Source: Acutalibacteraceae bacterium (GTDB lineage: Bacteria; Bacillota; Clostridia; Oscillospirales; Acutalibacteraceae). Taken from it: a stretch of DNA of 64,000 nt. Positions 1 to 9,049 of this stretch are shown here, piece by piece; position 1 is the first letter of the stretch; every line of letters begins with the position of its first letter. The notes below the pieces were generated by a model. The model had not been told where the DNA came from and did no database searches. It saw only the letters and a list, made by a program, of their open reading frames with translations. A program made the position numbers and the translations under genes. The stretch lies in assembly GCA_045591285.1 (NCBI GenBank), contig JAZNSP010000012.1, positions 4,718 to 68,717 of the forward strand. The letters run 5' to 3'.

Positions 1-1
1 T

Positions 2-91
2 TTGGGCGGCGGTCTTATAATGCCGCTGTGGGAAGAGCTTAATAACGCACGGTTGAAAAAAGAGATAAAAAAGCTGAAGGAAAAGATGTGA
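2..91 (+). CDS. 3' end of an upstream gene (partial, product unknown)
   Basis: Frame is open from the window edge to TGA at 89-91 (...PLWEELNNARLKKEIKKLKEKM*). Confidence 0.3.
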   Translation: MGGGLIMPLWEELNNARLKKEIKKLKEKM

Positions 92-95
92 TTTA

Positions 96-827
96 ATGAA
101 TATAGGCGAGCTTGTAACCGTTAAGACTATAGAAAATAAAAATGCCTTTGAAGAAAGGCATACTCCGTACAGTGCAGAAATACGGCTGTTTTCTTGTGTT
201 CAGCAGGGTGATATTGATTCTCTCATAGCACAGCTTAAAAATCTTGATTCTATCATCGTTATGGGGCGAATGTCTGATGATGAGCTTATGCAGTATAAGT
301 ATATGGCAGTCAGTACAGTTACTCTTGCAACCAGATATGCCATTCAGGGCGGACTTAACGAAGCAAAGGCCTATGAATTTTCAGACAGAGTAATTAATAC
401 AATTGATAAGCTTACAGATAAAAACGAAATATTTATGTGTCTGGGAATTGAAATTATCAAGCTGACTGAAGCTGTGAAAAAGAATAAAAATCAGCCTGAA
501 TTTTCTCCCCACATACGAAATTGCATAAAATATATAAATGAAAATCTTTCTCAGAAGCTGAGCGTATCTTCCGTTGCAGCTCACTGCGGAATTTCAGCCG
601 ATTATTTATCACAGATATTCAAGAAAGAAATGGATGAAAATCTCAGCACCTATATTTTAAGACAGAAGCTTGAAAAAGCAAAAACCAAGCTTATTGACGG
701 AATTTCCTCAAAAGAGATATGTGTTGAGCTTGGATTTTCCTCACAGGCATATTTTGTAACGGTGTTTAAAAAATATTATAAGATGTCCCCGTCTGAATAT
801 ATCAAAATAACAAGAAGTAATTATTGA
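96..827 (+). CDS. AraC-family transcriptional regulator
   Basis: 243-aa ORF. C-terminal double HTH of AraC type (IRNCIKYINENLSQKLSVSSVAAHCGISADYLSQIFKK...GFSSQAYFVTVFKKYYKMSPSEY). Confidence 0.85.
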   Translation: MNIGELVTVKTIENKNAFEERHTPYSAEIRLFSCVQQGDIDSLIAQLKNLDSIIVMGRMSDDELMQYKYMAVSTVTLATRYAIQGGLNEAKAYEFSDRVINTIDKLTDKNEIFMCLGIEIIKLTEAVKKNKNQPEFSPHIRNCIKYINENLSQKLSVSSVAAHCGISADYLSQIFKKEMDENLSTYILRQKLEKAKTKLIDGISSKEICVELGFSSQAYFVTVFKKYYKMSPSEYIKITRSNY

Positions 828-910
828 AGTTTTTGAGAGAATGTAAATATATGTATTACAAGAAATAAAATCACAGAACTTGACAGCAAAAGCTTAATAC
901 AATGTTTTAA

Positions 911-958
911 CCCCCATTGAGATTGCAGATTTCTGCTTTCCCAAGGGGGCTTTTTTTA
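911..958 (+). terminator. Rho-independent terminator candidate
   Basis: CCCCCATTG...CCAAGGGGG stem followed by a T7 run, between convergent genes. Confidence 0.5.
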
Positions 959-1861
959 TTCAATAGGTATCCATATTTCAATTGTTCTTCCGGTATAGCC
1001 GCCTGTAATTCCCCAATGATAAACAGCAAGTTCGGGAGCGTTGACTATCTGATATTTATCATTTGACAGCCACTCGGTTGCAATTTGTTTACGGATATCA
1101 AAGTATTTCGGAATAGGCATTTTTGTTTTTTCGGTTTCAAAAATAAGATAAGTTTGTTCGGGAATAACAATTTCTTCAAAGCCGAACTTATCCATAAAAT
1201 CAATTCCCGTAACTTTGCTGTTGTAGAGATTTTCGCGTTCATAAGCGTCTGTTGTTACAGAAATATAAAAATCATATCCGTCATCATCAAAATCTGAAAG
1301 CACGCAATAATCTGACATTTTGTCGTTAGCCATACCTTTGAGCATCCACTGATGTGCTCTTGTGGTTTTGAAAAAATCACCCTCCTGATGCTGTCTTGCT
1401 TCATCATAAGGAGTTCCGCTGAAGCGTTTTTTATAGCCTAAAAGTGTCAGTGCAGGTTTTGTTTCAATCCGATAATTCATAGTAGTGCCGCCTTCCAAAG
1501 AAAATTTCAGCACAAGACGGGAAAAGGATTTGAGATTACTGCCGTTATTTCGGGCTTGTGACGGCAATATACCGTGAAACTTCTGAAATGCTTTTGTGAA
1601 GCTGTCAGGACTTTCATAACCGTATTTTAATGCAACATCAATTACTTTTGCGTTGGTGGTTGTAAGCTCTCTGCCGGCAAGAGAAAGTCTTCGGTTACGG
1701 ATATATTCGCCCAAAGTGAAGCCGCAAAGAATACTGAACACTCTCTGAAAATGATAGCTTGAAGAATAGCACTGCTTTGCAACATCCTCATAGTCAATCG
1801 TTTCGGTGAGATTATCTTCAATATAATCGATCGCCCGCTCTATTCCTGTGATCCAATCCAT
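956..1861 (-). CDS. AraC-family regulator with C-terminal GyrI-like effector-binding domain
   Basis: 301-aa ORF. N-terminal AraC HTH pair (YSSSYHFQRVFSILCGFTLGEYIRNRRL...GYESPDSFTKAFQKFHGILPSQ) and a ~150-aa beta-rich C-terminal half typical of the GyrI-like/SOUL fold. Confidence 0.8.
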   Translation of the reverse strand: MDWITGIERAIDYIEDNLTETIDYEDVAKQCYSSSYHFQRVFSILCGFTLGEYIRNRRLSLAGRELTTTNAKVIDVALKYGYESPDSFTKAFQKFHGILPSQARNNGSNLKSFSRLVLKFSLEGGTTMNYRIETKPALTLLGYKKRFSGTPYDEARQHQEGDFFKTTRAHQWMLKGMANDKMSDYCVLSDFDDDGYDFYISVTTDAYERENLYNSKVTGIDFMDKFGFEEIVIPEQTYLIFETEKTKMPIPKYFDIRKQIATEWLSNDKYQIVNAPELAVYHWGITGGYTGRTIEIWIPIE

Positions 1862-1951
1862 TGTTATCCCTCCTTGTCTGTCTTGATTTTAACAGAAGGC
1901 TGAAAAGATTTCCCGACATTACGTGTTAAGTGTTGTCGGGAATTTATTGAT

Positions 1952-2410
1952 TTATTTAATTTCGTATTTCCATTCACCGTCTATTTTGTTGTGATAATAG
2001 AAAAATTCACTTTTATTATCATCAAGAAAAACATCAAGCATATCAATCATATCACGTGCAAGCTCAGCTTTTTTGAATTTTTCCAAATCCATCCAAAATA
2101 CTTCACCTTCGTCTGATGATTTTAATTCACCCTCGAACTTATTTGTTTTATAAAACAAAACTATGTATCTGACATCTTCTGAATGAGGCCATTGCTTGAC
2201 ACCGCAAAACTGTGGACAGGAAATTGTAAGCCCTGTTTCTTCTTTCACTTCTCTGATAACTGCATCGGTAAATGATTCGTGCTTTTCAACGTGTCCGCCG
2301 GGGAATGTGAGCCCTTTCCAATTCTTGTTTAATCTATCCTGAACAAGAACCTTATTTCCATCATAAACCATACACATATTAGTTAATATTACTTTTTCTG
2401 ACTCAGCCAT
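1952..2410 (-). CDS. NUDIX hydrolase
   Basis: Nudix box GGHVEKHESFTDAVIREVKEETGL (GX5EX7REUXEEXGU). Confidence 0.85.
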   Translation of the reverse strand: MAESEKVILTNMCMVYDGNKVLVQDRLNKNWKGLTFPGGHVEKHESFTDAVIREVKEETGLTISCPQFCGVKQWPHSEDVRYIVLFYKTNKFEGELKSSDEGEVFWMDLEKFKKAELARDMIDMLDVFLDDNKSEFFYYHNKIDGEWKYEIK

Positions 2411-2443
2411 AATAAAATAACCTCAAAAATTAATTGATAATAA

Positions 2444-3016
2444 TTATTTGCTGTTTATATACCATTCAAGAAACTCTTCAATATACCGTCTGCAAGGTGT
2501 AATTACATTTATATCTATCATCGGATTATTCTTTGCGAAATCGTTTAATGCATTTTGCAGATTGTTTTTTGATTTCATATAATCTTCAACAATATATTCA
2601 GTGTCAAATCCTGCCTTATTCAATAAAACAGCAGACACGACACCTGTTCGGTCTTTTCCCGCATTACAAAAATAAAGGACATTTGATTTTGTATCTGATA
2701 AAAATTCAATTAACTTATCAAACGGAGAATCAACCATACCAATATATGACTTTGATACGTCATCCGTTGATGACGGTATTTTATCGCCTCCTGTAATCGG
2801 AAAACAGTGATAAGAAAATCTTTTATCGCTAATTAAAGGACATTCTTTCTTTGCTCTTTCAGTATATGTGCGAAGGTCAACAATTGTAAGGATATTATTT
2901 GAAAGTAACCATAACTTTTCTTTTTCTGATATCATAACCGGAATATCACTGCGAATAAATTTCAGACTGTTATCAAATATAGGTCTGGTATTCAAAGTAT
3001 TTTCAAAAATACACAC
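2444..3016 (-). CDS. Protein-tyrosine/dual-specificity phosphatase-like protein
   Basis: CX5R P-loop CNAGKDRTG within a 190-aa ORF. Confidence 0.75.
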   Translation of the reverse strand: MCIFENTLNTRPIFDNSLKFIRSDIPVMISEKEKLWLLSNNILTIVDLRTYTERAKKECPLISDKRFSYHCFPITGGDKIPSSTDDVSKSYIGMVDSPFDKLIEFLSDTKSNVLYFCNAGKDRTGVVSAVLLNKAGFDTEYIVEDYMKSKNNLQNALNDFAKNNPMIDINVITPCRRYIEEFLEWYINSK

Positions 3017-3352
3017 GGCATGTTCACCTCACAATCTGATTTTGTGATAATTATATCATTTCATCTCAGACAATTCAATAAGCTGTAAAAGGTATCATTT
3101 TAGTAGCTGCTCGGAATTGTGATTACGTATGATCCCAGACGGTGAAAGACTCAGGGGATTATTGCATAATTTATCAGTATATGTTAGTATTAAATGTAAG
3201 AAATTTCTGTTTTGTGCTCAGGGGAAAACGGACAGAAAGGAAACGGTTATAAACGTTTCAGAGCCTGATGTTATAAATGACGGTGTAAATTGCTTTTGAC
3301 AGTGCGCGAAACAAAAATATGTATTGGCTCAGATTATTCAGAGGAGAAAAAA

Positions 3353-3909
3353 ATGTTAATTGATATTACGCTGAAAATAACACCTGAAATGCTTAAAAAT
3401 GCTCAGGAAAATGAAAAAAAGAGCTTGCAGGGCATCTCGGCACGCATTTTGACGTTATGAATAAAGAATTTCCTTTGGAATATACCGAAAGAAAAGGAAT
3501 TATTTTTGACGTCAGCAGAGTTTCCGACAGGGATATAGATTTATGTGATATAAATCTAAATAAAATTGAAAAGGATATGTTCGTTGCTTTTTACAGCGGT
3601 TATTCAGAAAAAAAGGAATACGGAAGTGAAGGTTATTTTTCTGAGCATCCTCAGCTGTCCGATGATTTGATAGAAGCACTTTTAGAAAAGGAGATTTCTG
3701 TTATCGGCATTGATTTTGCAGGGGTAAGGCGAGGAAAAGAGCATACACCGAAAGATCAGCATTGTGCCGACAGAGGAGTATTTATTGTGGAAAATCTCTA
3801 TAACCTGAAAGAGCTGTTAAATACGGAAAAGAGCTTTATTATAGCCACATACCCTATGAATTGCGTTGGGATAAGCGGATTACCCTGCCGTGTAATTGCA
3901 AAAATATAA
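3353..3909 (+). pseudogene. Cyclase-family (kynurenine-formamidase-like) gene with a -1 frameshift in an A7 run
   Basis: The ATG at 3353 has an RBS (GAGGAG) and its frame stops at 3456. The listed ORF 3457-3909 continues upstream in its own frame as ...ELAGHLGTHFDV, which is the HxGTHxD cyclase motif. Adding one A to the run at 3414-3420 fuses the two frames. Confidence 0.7.
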
Positions 3910-3960
3910 AAGCTTATTTAAGTGTGTTGAAAAATTTATTAAAAATGGGGGCGGCGAAAA

Positions 3961-5445
3961 ATGTCAGAACTGCATAAAGAAAAAATATTGACTGAAATTG
4001 ATAAGGTTATTAAAAACGGAAAATATAAGGATAACTGGCAGAGTCTTATGAACCGTAAAACACCTGATTGGTACTATAACGGAAAGTTCGGAATTTTTAT
4101 TCATTGGGGTGTTTATTCTGTTCCTGCCGTCTGTAACGAATGGTATCCGAGAAGTATGTATATCAAGGACAGCTACGAGTATAAATATCATATTGAGCAT
4201 TTCGGCAATCACAAGGAGTTCGGATATAAGGATTTTATTCCTATGTTCAGGGCGGAAAAGTTTGATGCTTACGAATGGGCGGAAGCCTTCAGAAAATCAG
4301 GCGCAAAATTTGTTATGCCTGCCGCAGAGCATCACGACGGCTTTGCTATGTATGATACGGTGCTTAACCGTTGGAATGCGAAGAATATGGGCCCCAAAAG
4401 AGATGTGATAGGTGAGCTTAAAGCGGCAATTGAAGATGAAGATATGGTCTTTTGCTTATCAAACCACCGTGCAGAGCATTATTTCTTTATGAACGGCGGC
4501 AGAAGATTTGAAAGTGACGTAAATGATCCCGAATATGAAGATTTTTACGGCCCTGCAGTTGATTCTGACGAGCTGCTTGATGATAATATGACTCCTTCAA
4601 CCGAATCAGTTGACGGTGAAGAGCCAAGCGAGGAATGGCTTACGGATTGGCTTTGCAGAGTTTGCGAAATGATTGATAAATATCAGCCTAAGATCGTTTT
4701 CTTTGATTGGTGGGTGCAAAACAGTGCATTCAAGCCATATCTTAAAAAATTTGCCGCTTACTACTATAACCGTGCTGAAGAATGGGGCGAAGAGGTAACG
4801 ATCAATTATAAGCATAATGCTTTTGCACCAGGTGTGGCAACTCTTGACGTTGAAAGAGGAGCGCTGGGCGGTATATCTCCGTTTCCGTGGCAGACAGACA
4901 CGGCTATAGGTAAAAAATCGTGGGGCTACAGAAAAGACAACGAATATAAAACTACCTATGAGGTGGCAACAACTCTTATTGACGTGGTAAGTAAAAACGG
5001 TATGCTTCTTCTTAATATAGGCCCTAAGTCTGACGGCACGATACCCCACGAAGAGTTGCAGGTGTTAAGGGAAATGGGTGAATGGCTCAGGGTAAACGGT
5101 GAGGGCATATACGGAACTACCCCTTGGCTTATGTATATGGAAGGTGAAGCAAAGGTTTCAGTGGGCGCATTTTCCGAGGGTGACGTGGCTTATACCGAGA
5201 AGGATTTTCGTTTTACCTATAAAAACGGTTCGGTTTACGCCTTTTGGATGAAGCCTTCAGAAAATAAAAACGTAACGATAAAATCTCTTGCCGCAGGCTT
5301 CAGAGGAAATCTTGTTGAAAGAGTAAGTGTTCTTGGCTGCAATAGTGAGCTGCAGTTCAATGCCGACGGCGAAGGACTTCATATTACTCTTAATGAAGCA
5401 CTCTCAGGCACTCTTCCCGTTTGCTATAAGATAGAATTGGCATAA
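3961..5445 (+). CDS. Alpha-L-fucosidase (GH29)
   Basis: 494 aa. GKFGIFIHWGVYSVPA and PAAEHHDGFAMYDT motifs typical of GH29. Confidence 0.85.
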   Translation: MSELHKEKILTEIDKVIKNGKYKDNWQSLMNRKTPDWYYNGKFGIFIHWGVYSVPAVCNEWYPRSMYIKDSYEYKYHIEHFGNHKEFGYKDFIPMFRAEKFDAYEWAEAFRKSGAKFVMPAAEHHDGFAMYDTVLNRWNAKNMGPKRDVIGELKAAIEDEDMVFCLSNHRAEHYFFMNGGRRFESDVNDPEYEDFYGPAVDSDELLDDNMTPSTESVDGEEPSEEWLTDWLCRVCEMIDKYQPKIVFFDWWVQNSAFKPYLKKFAAYYYNRAEEWGEEVTINYKHNAFAPGVATLDVERGALGGISPFPWQTDTAIGKKSWGYRKDNEYKTTYEVATTLIDVVSKNGMLLLNIGPKSDGTIPHEELQVLREMGEWLRVNGEGIYGTTPWLMYMEGEAKVSVGAFSEGDVAYTEKDFRFTYKNGSVYAFWMKPSENKNVTIKSLAAGFRGNLVERVSVLGCNSELQFNADGEGLHITLNEALSGTLPVCYKIELA

Positions 5446-5612
5446 CAATTATACTGATAAAGCTGTAAACTCTGATGAAATGATATTACCGCTCTCATTT
5501 TTACGGGGGCGGTTAATCTATTTTTTGTAGAATACAATCAATTCAGCGGTTATTGAAATTAATAAAAGCCTTTTGTATAGTATTGATATAAAATACCGGG
5601 AGGAATGATGAT

Positions 5613-6404
5613 ATGAAGCTATTGATCGGAGAAAATATCAGAAGAAACCGTCTTGATAGAGGTCTTACACAAGAAGAGGTAGCCTTGCATCTTGGGATAT
5701 CTGCACAATCCGTCAGCAAATGGGAACGGGGTGACGGTTATCCCGATATCGAAATGCTCCCTTCAATTGCAAATTATTTTAATGTAAGTGTTGATGAGCT
5801 TTTAGGAACAAGTGATATTCAGAAGACGGAAAATTATAACAGAATTAACGGTATCTGGGCAGATAACAACAAAAGCGGCTTTCATAAGGAAAACGTTGAT
5901 ATTATGAAAGAAGCACTGAAGATATTTCCTAACGATGCACTTTTACTCGTTCAGCTTTCAACCTCTCTTGAAAAGCTTGACGGTACGGAAGAGGAAAAAA
6001 GAGAATACTTAAAGGAGTCAATAGCAGTTCAGGAGCAGATAATAAGATATTGTGAGGACTCTGAGGTGCGGGGTGCCACTCTTTATAATATCTGCTTTGG
6101 CTATTGGAAATTGGGTGAGAGGGAAAAGGCGGTTGAACAGGCTGAAAAGCTCCCTAACCTTTATAAATCGAGAGAAAATGCTCTTGTGTATTTTTTAACA
6201 GGCGAAGAAAAACAAAAAATTGCAAAAGAAGCTCTCACTCCGCTTATATGGGGAATTACACATCATCTGTCAGCACTTGCCGAAACAGAAAATAATAACG
6301 GGTATCTGAAAAAGGCTGTTAAGATTATTGATATCTTATTTGAAAATTCAAAAGATGAGTTTATACAGAAAATGTATAATAGCCTTACTGACAGATTAAA
6401 ATAA
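5613..6404 (+). CDS. XRE-family HTH regulator with C-terminal helical/TPR-like domain
   Basis: N-terminal HTH_3 (LTQEEVALHLGISAQSVSKWERGDGYPDIEML) followed by a helical repeat C-terminus. Confidence 0.8.
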   Translation: MKLLIGENIRRNRLDRGLTQEEVALHLGISAQSVSKWERGDGYPDIEMLPSIANYFNVSVDELLGTSDIQKTENYNRINGIWADNNKSGFHKENVDIMKEALKIFPNDALLLVQLSTSLEKLDGTEEEKREYLKESIAVQEQIIRYCEDSEVRGATLYNICFGYWKLGEREKAVEQAEKLPNLYKSRENALVYFLTGEEKQKIAKEALTPLIWGITHHLSALAETENNNGYLKKAVKIIDILFENSKDEFIQKMYNSLTDRLK

Positions 6405-6456
6405 AAGCAGAAAAAGAGTTACTGCAAAAATATATGCCAATTAATATACCCCCCTG

Positions 6457-6485
6457 TTGACAATATACCCCAGGGGGTATATTAT
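6457..6485 (+). promoter_or_regulatory. Sigma-A-type promoter with embedded CsoR-type operator palindrome
   Basis: TTGACA (6457-6462), 17 nt, TATTAT (6480-6485). The palindrome TATACCCC-ag-GGGGTATA at 6464-6481 lies between -35 and -10. A half-site-like ATATACCCCCC lies at 6445-6455. Confidence 0.55.
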
Positions 6486-6506
6486 TTTTTCAGGAGGGGA
6501 TTGACG

Positions 6507-6803
6507 GTGGATAATAATTGCTGTAACAAGAAAACCAAGAGAAGCCCTGAAGAAAAAAAGCTGATAATCAACAGACTGAACAGAATAAGCGGTCAGATCA
6601 ATGGAATAAATAAAATGATCGAAGAGGATGCATATTGCAACGACGTTTTAATTCAGCTGTCTGCCGTTAAAAATTCTGTAAAAAGCTTATCGGCGCATAT
6701 TCTGGAAAATCATTTATACACGTGTATAACCAATGATCTGGAAAACGGCGATTTAGACTCTCTTGATGAGCTTATAAGCTTATTCAAAAGATTTAATCAG
6801 TAA
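6507..6803 (+). CDS. csoR: CsoR-family metal-sensing transcriptional repressor
   Basis: About 98 aa. Residues match the C...H-x3-C (x-C-H-C) fingerprint: YCND ... ENHLYTC. GTG at 6507 is 9 nt after AGGAGG; the track start at 6501 (TTG) abuts the RBS. Confidence 0.75.
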   Translation: MDNNCCNKKTKRSPEEKKLIINRLNRISGQINGINKMIEEDAYCNDVLIQLSAVKNSVKSLSAHILENHLYTCITNDLENGDLDSLDELISLFKRFNQ

Positions 6804-6817
6804 AAGGAGGTGTCAAT

Positions 6818-6967
6818 ATGGATAAGATCGTGCTTTGCGAAAAATGCGGTGCAATGGTTAAGGTATTAATTGATTGCAAGTGTGAAAACTGCGGTATTAA
6901 GTGCTGCGGCGAAACCATGAAAGAAATTTCAGAGGAAGAAGCAAAGAAGTTATTAGAAAACAAATAA
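6818..6967 (+). CDS. Small Cys-rich (desulforedoxin/zinc-ribbon-like) protein, 49 aa
   Basis: Absent from the ORF track (<60 aa). ATG is 7 nt after AAGGAGG. MDKIVLCEKCGAMVKVLIDCKCENCGIKCCGETMKEISEEEAKKLLENK, with CxxC...CxCxxCxxxCC. Followed by a terminator. Confidence 0.55.
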   Translation: MDKIVLCEKCGAMVKVLIDCKCENCGIKCCGETMKEISEEEAKKLLENK

Positions 6968-7043
6968 CTCAGAAGACGGAAAATTTTTTGTAAAATAAGG
7001 CTTGTTTTATAAAGACCTTATAAAAGCTTAATAATTTTCAGAA

Positions 7044-7071
7044 AAGAACTGTTCCGGCAGTTCTTTTTTTC
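7044..7071 (+). terminator. Rho-independent terminator
   Basis: AAGAACTG-ttccgg-CAGTTCTT followed by a T-run. Confidence 0.65.
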
Positions 7072-7073
7072 TA

Positions 7074-7104
7074 TTGACTCTAACCTTAACTTCAGGTTTA
7101 TACT
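7074..7104 (+). promoter_or_regulatory. MerR-type promoter with 19-bp spacer and operator dyad
   Basis: TTGACT (7074-7079), 19-nt spacer containing AACCT-taacttc-AGGTT, TATACT (7099-7104). It lies directly upstream of the MerR gene. Confidence 0.5.
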
Positions 7105-7147
7105 ATGTGCATAAGGTACCTTAGATTTTATAAAGGAGAATAAATCT

Positions 7148-8392
7148 ATGAAAATCGGAGAGTTTGCGAAAATGTGCGGAACAAAAATTTCTGTTCTCAG
7201 GCATTATGACAGAGAAAAGCTGCTTGAACCTCAATATACGGATAAGTTTTCGGGTTACAGATATTATACCTCTGAACAAATTCTTACTTTTCACAGAATT
7301 AACGCATTGAAAAAGGCAGGGTTCTCCTTACACGAAATAAGAGAAATTATTTCCGAAGGAAAATCAAGCAAAGAAATTGAAGCGATTTTCTCCCAGAAGG
7401 AAAGGGAATTTCTTTATGCACTTAAAAATCTGAAGGAGGCAAGACTGATGATGACAAGATTAGATATTTCTTTTAGTAATAATACCGCAGTTATAAGGTG
7501 CGGTGCTGACGACAGTTTTATTGATTTATGCACTGTTGCCGAAGCTGAGATTAGGGCGGCAGATTATCAGAGGATATCACAGTATAAATTAAATGACGGT
7601 AAAATAAGCTGTCAGGTTATAAAATTAGGTGATGAAGCCGCACAGCCAAAGCAGGAACTGCCGTTTGTGAATGATGAAAGCGTTATAGGAAAATGGGAGG
7701 TAAAGGGTGTTTTTGCCGTAAGAGAAGATTATGCGGAAAATATATTCTGCGATAATTCGGGCTTCTACGGCGGCAGTGTGAAATATCTTTATTTTCTTCC
7801 TGAGGGTGAGGAATATTGGGGCTACAGCTGGACAAAAGGATATTTTATCAGCAATTCTTATCTGTCAGGCTCTGCATATAATGAATATGAAATTGAAGAA
7901 AAAGCAGACGGAACATATATGCTCATAACCCTGAGAGAAGAAGAGTTCAGCCGCGGCGGAGAGCCTTTATATCTGTCTTTGAAGAAAACAGACAGTAACA
8001 GATATTCTGCTATGAGTATTGCAAAAAAAGATGATATAGATAAACCCTTTATAAATGATGAAAGAATAATCGGTAAATGGAAGGCTCATTCATTCTTATG
8101 CAATAAGTCTGAGTTTCCGCAGGAAGAAGAGTCTATAGAGGATTTATACTTCAAGGAGCTGGAATTCTTCCCTGAAGGCAGCTGCAGATGTGTTTATGCA
8201 GATGCTGTTTTTGAAGGTGACGATACTGTGACATGGACAAAAGATTATCTGCTCCGAAAATGGAATTGGTCTGCCTGCTTTTATGAAATCAGAAATGTTG
8301 ACGGAACAGATTATCTTATAATCGAATGGAAAAGCGGCGACTGGCGTTACGGCGGCTTTGATACCAATTATTATGTGTTTGTAAGAGCATAA
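7148..8392 (+). CDS. MerR-family regulator with large C-terminal internally duplicated domain
   Basis: N-terminal MerR HTH (MKIGEFAKMCGTKISVLRHYDREKLLEP...GYRYYTSEQ). The C-terminus has two repeats beginning NDESVIGKWEVKG and NDERIIGKWKAHS. Confidence 0.85.
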   Translation: MKIGEFAKMCGTKISVLRHYDREKLLEPQYTDKFSGYRYYTSEQILTFHRINALKKAGFSLHEIREIISEGKSSKEIEAIFSQKEREFLYALKNLKEARLMMTRLDISFSNNTAVIRCGADDSFIDLCTVAEAEIRAADYQRISQYKLNDGKISCQVIKLGDEAAQPKQELPFVNDESVIGKWEVKGVFAVREDYAENIFCDNSGFYGGSVKYLYFLPEGEEYWGYSWTKGYFISNSYLSGSAYNEYEIEEKADGTYMLITLREEEFSRGGEPLYLSLKKTDSNRYSAMSIAKKDDIDKPFINDERIIGKWKAHSFLCNKSEFPQEEESIEDLYFKELEFFPEGSCRCVYADAVFEGDDTVTWTKDYLLRKWNWSACFYEIRNVDGTDYLIIEWKSGDWRYGGFDTNYYVFVRA

Positions 8393-8396
8393 TAGA

Positions 8397-8442
8397 AAAC
8401 AAGGGGTAGTTTTTATGCTATCCCTTGTTTCTGTCTTTTTTG
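8397..8442 (+). terminator. Rho-independent terminator
   Basis: AAACAAGGGG...CCCTTGTTT stem followed by a T-rich tract. Confidence 0.6.
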
Positions 8443-8476
8443 TTTGATTGAGAAGCAAAAAACTGATTTTTTTGTC

Positions 8477-8545
8477 AAAAGGTGCAAATAATCCCTCGAA
8501 AAACCTCGAAAAAGGTGCAAATTACTTGTTAAAAAAGGTGCAAAT
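8477..8545 (+). repeat. Three direct copies of AAAAGGTGCAAAT (putative operator/iteron-like sites)
   Basis: Exact 13-mers at 8477-8489, 8510-8522 and 8533-8545. CCTCGAAAAA also occurs twice between copies 1 and 2. Confidence 0.5.
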
Positions 8546-8688
8546 AAGTTTTTTTGAACAATAAAAAAAACAAAATCATATATAATATCCCCCTTTTGCA
8601 TTTTTCAAAATTGATATGTATGGGGTTGATAAACGGTTAGAAATTTCTTATAATTAAAGCTGTAAAAAATAGATTGGTATGAAAAATA

Positions 8689-9048
8689 ATGAAAAATGTG
8701 TTTGCTGTAAGAAAGCTTCTTGTGGCTGTTATGGGGTTTGTGCTGATTTTGTATTTTTTGTGTAAAACCACAAGCCATAAGATAATATTCGTTCCGTTTT
8801 TATTCTGTAGCTTCACCTCTGCAGGAAAATACCTTGGTGTGATACTTAATAAAATAAGAGCTGCTGAGATTTTTGATAAGCTGTTCAAGGTAAGCTTTTT
8901 TGTGTTCTGGTTCGGTTTTCTTATTTTTGCTGCCTTTATTTCAATTCGTGACAAGAATTACAGTATGCTGATATTTACTCTGCCCTTCTTTGCGGCAGGA
9001 ATATATTTTGTTGTAAAAAAATTCAGAAAAAAGGTAAAGGAATATTGA
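8689..9048 (+). CDS. Small integral membrane protein (3-4 TM)
   Basis: 119-aa hydrophobic ORF, translationally abutted to the next gene. Confidence 0.5.
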   Translation: MKNVFAVRKLLVAVMGFVLILYFLCKTTSHKIIFVPFLFCSFTSAGKYLGVILNKIRAAEIFDKLFKVSFFVFWFGFLIFAAFISIRDKNYSMLIFTLPFFAAGIYFVVKKFRKKVKEY

Positions 9049-9049
9049 T

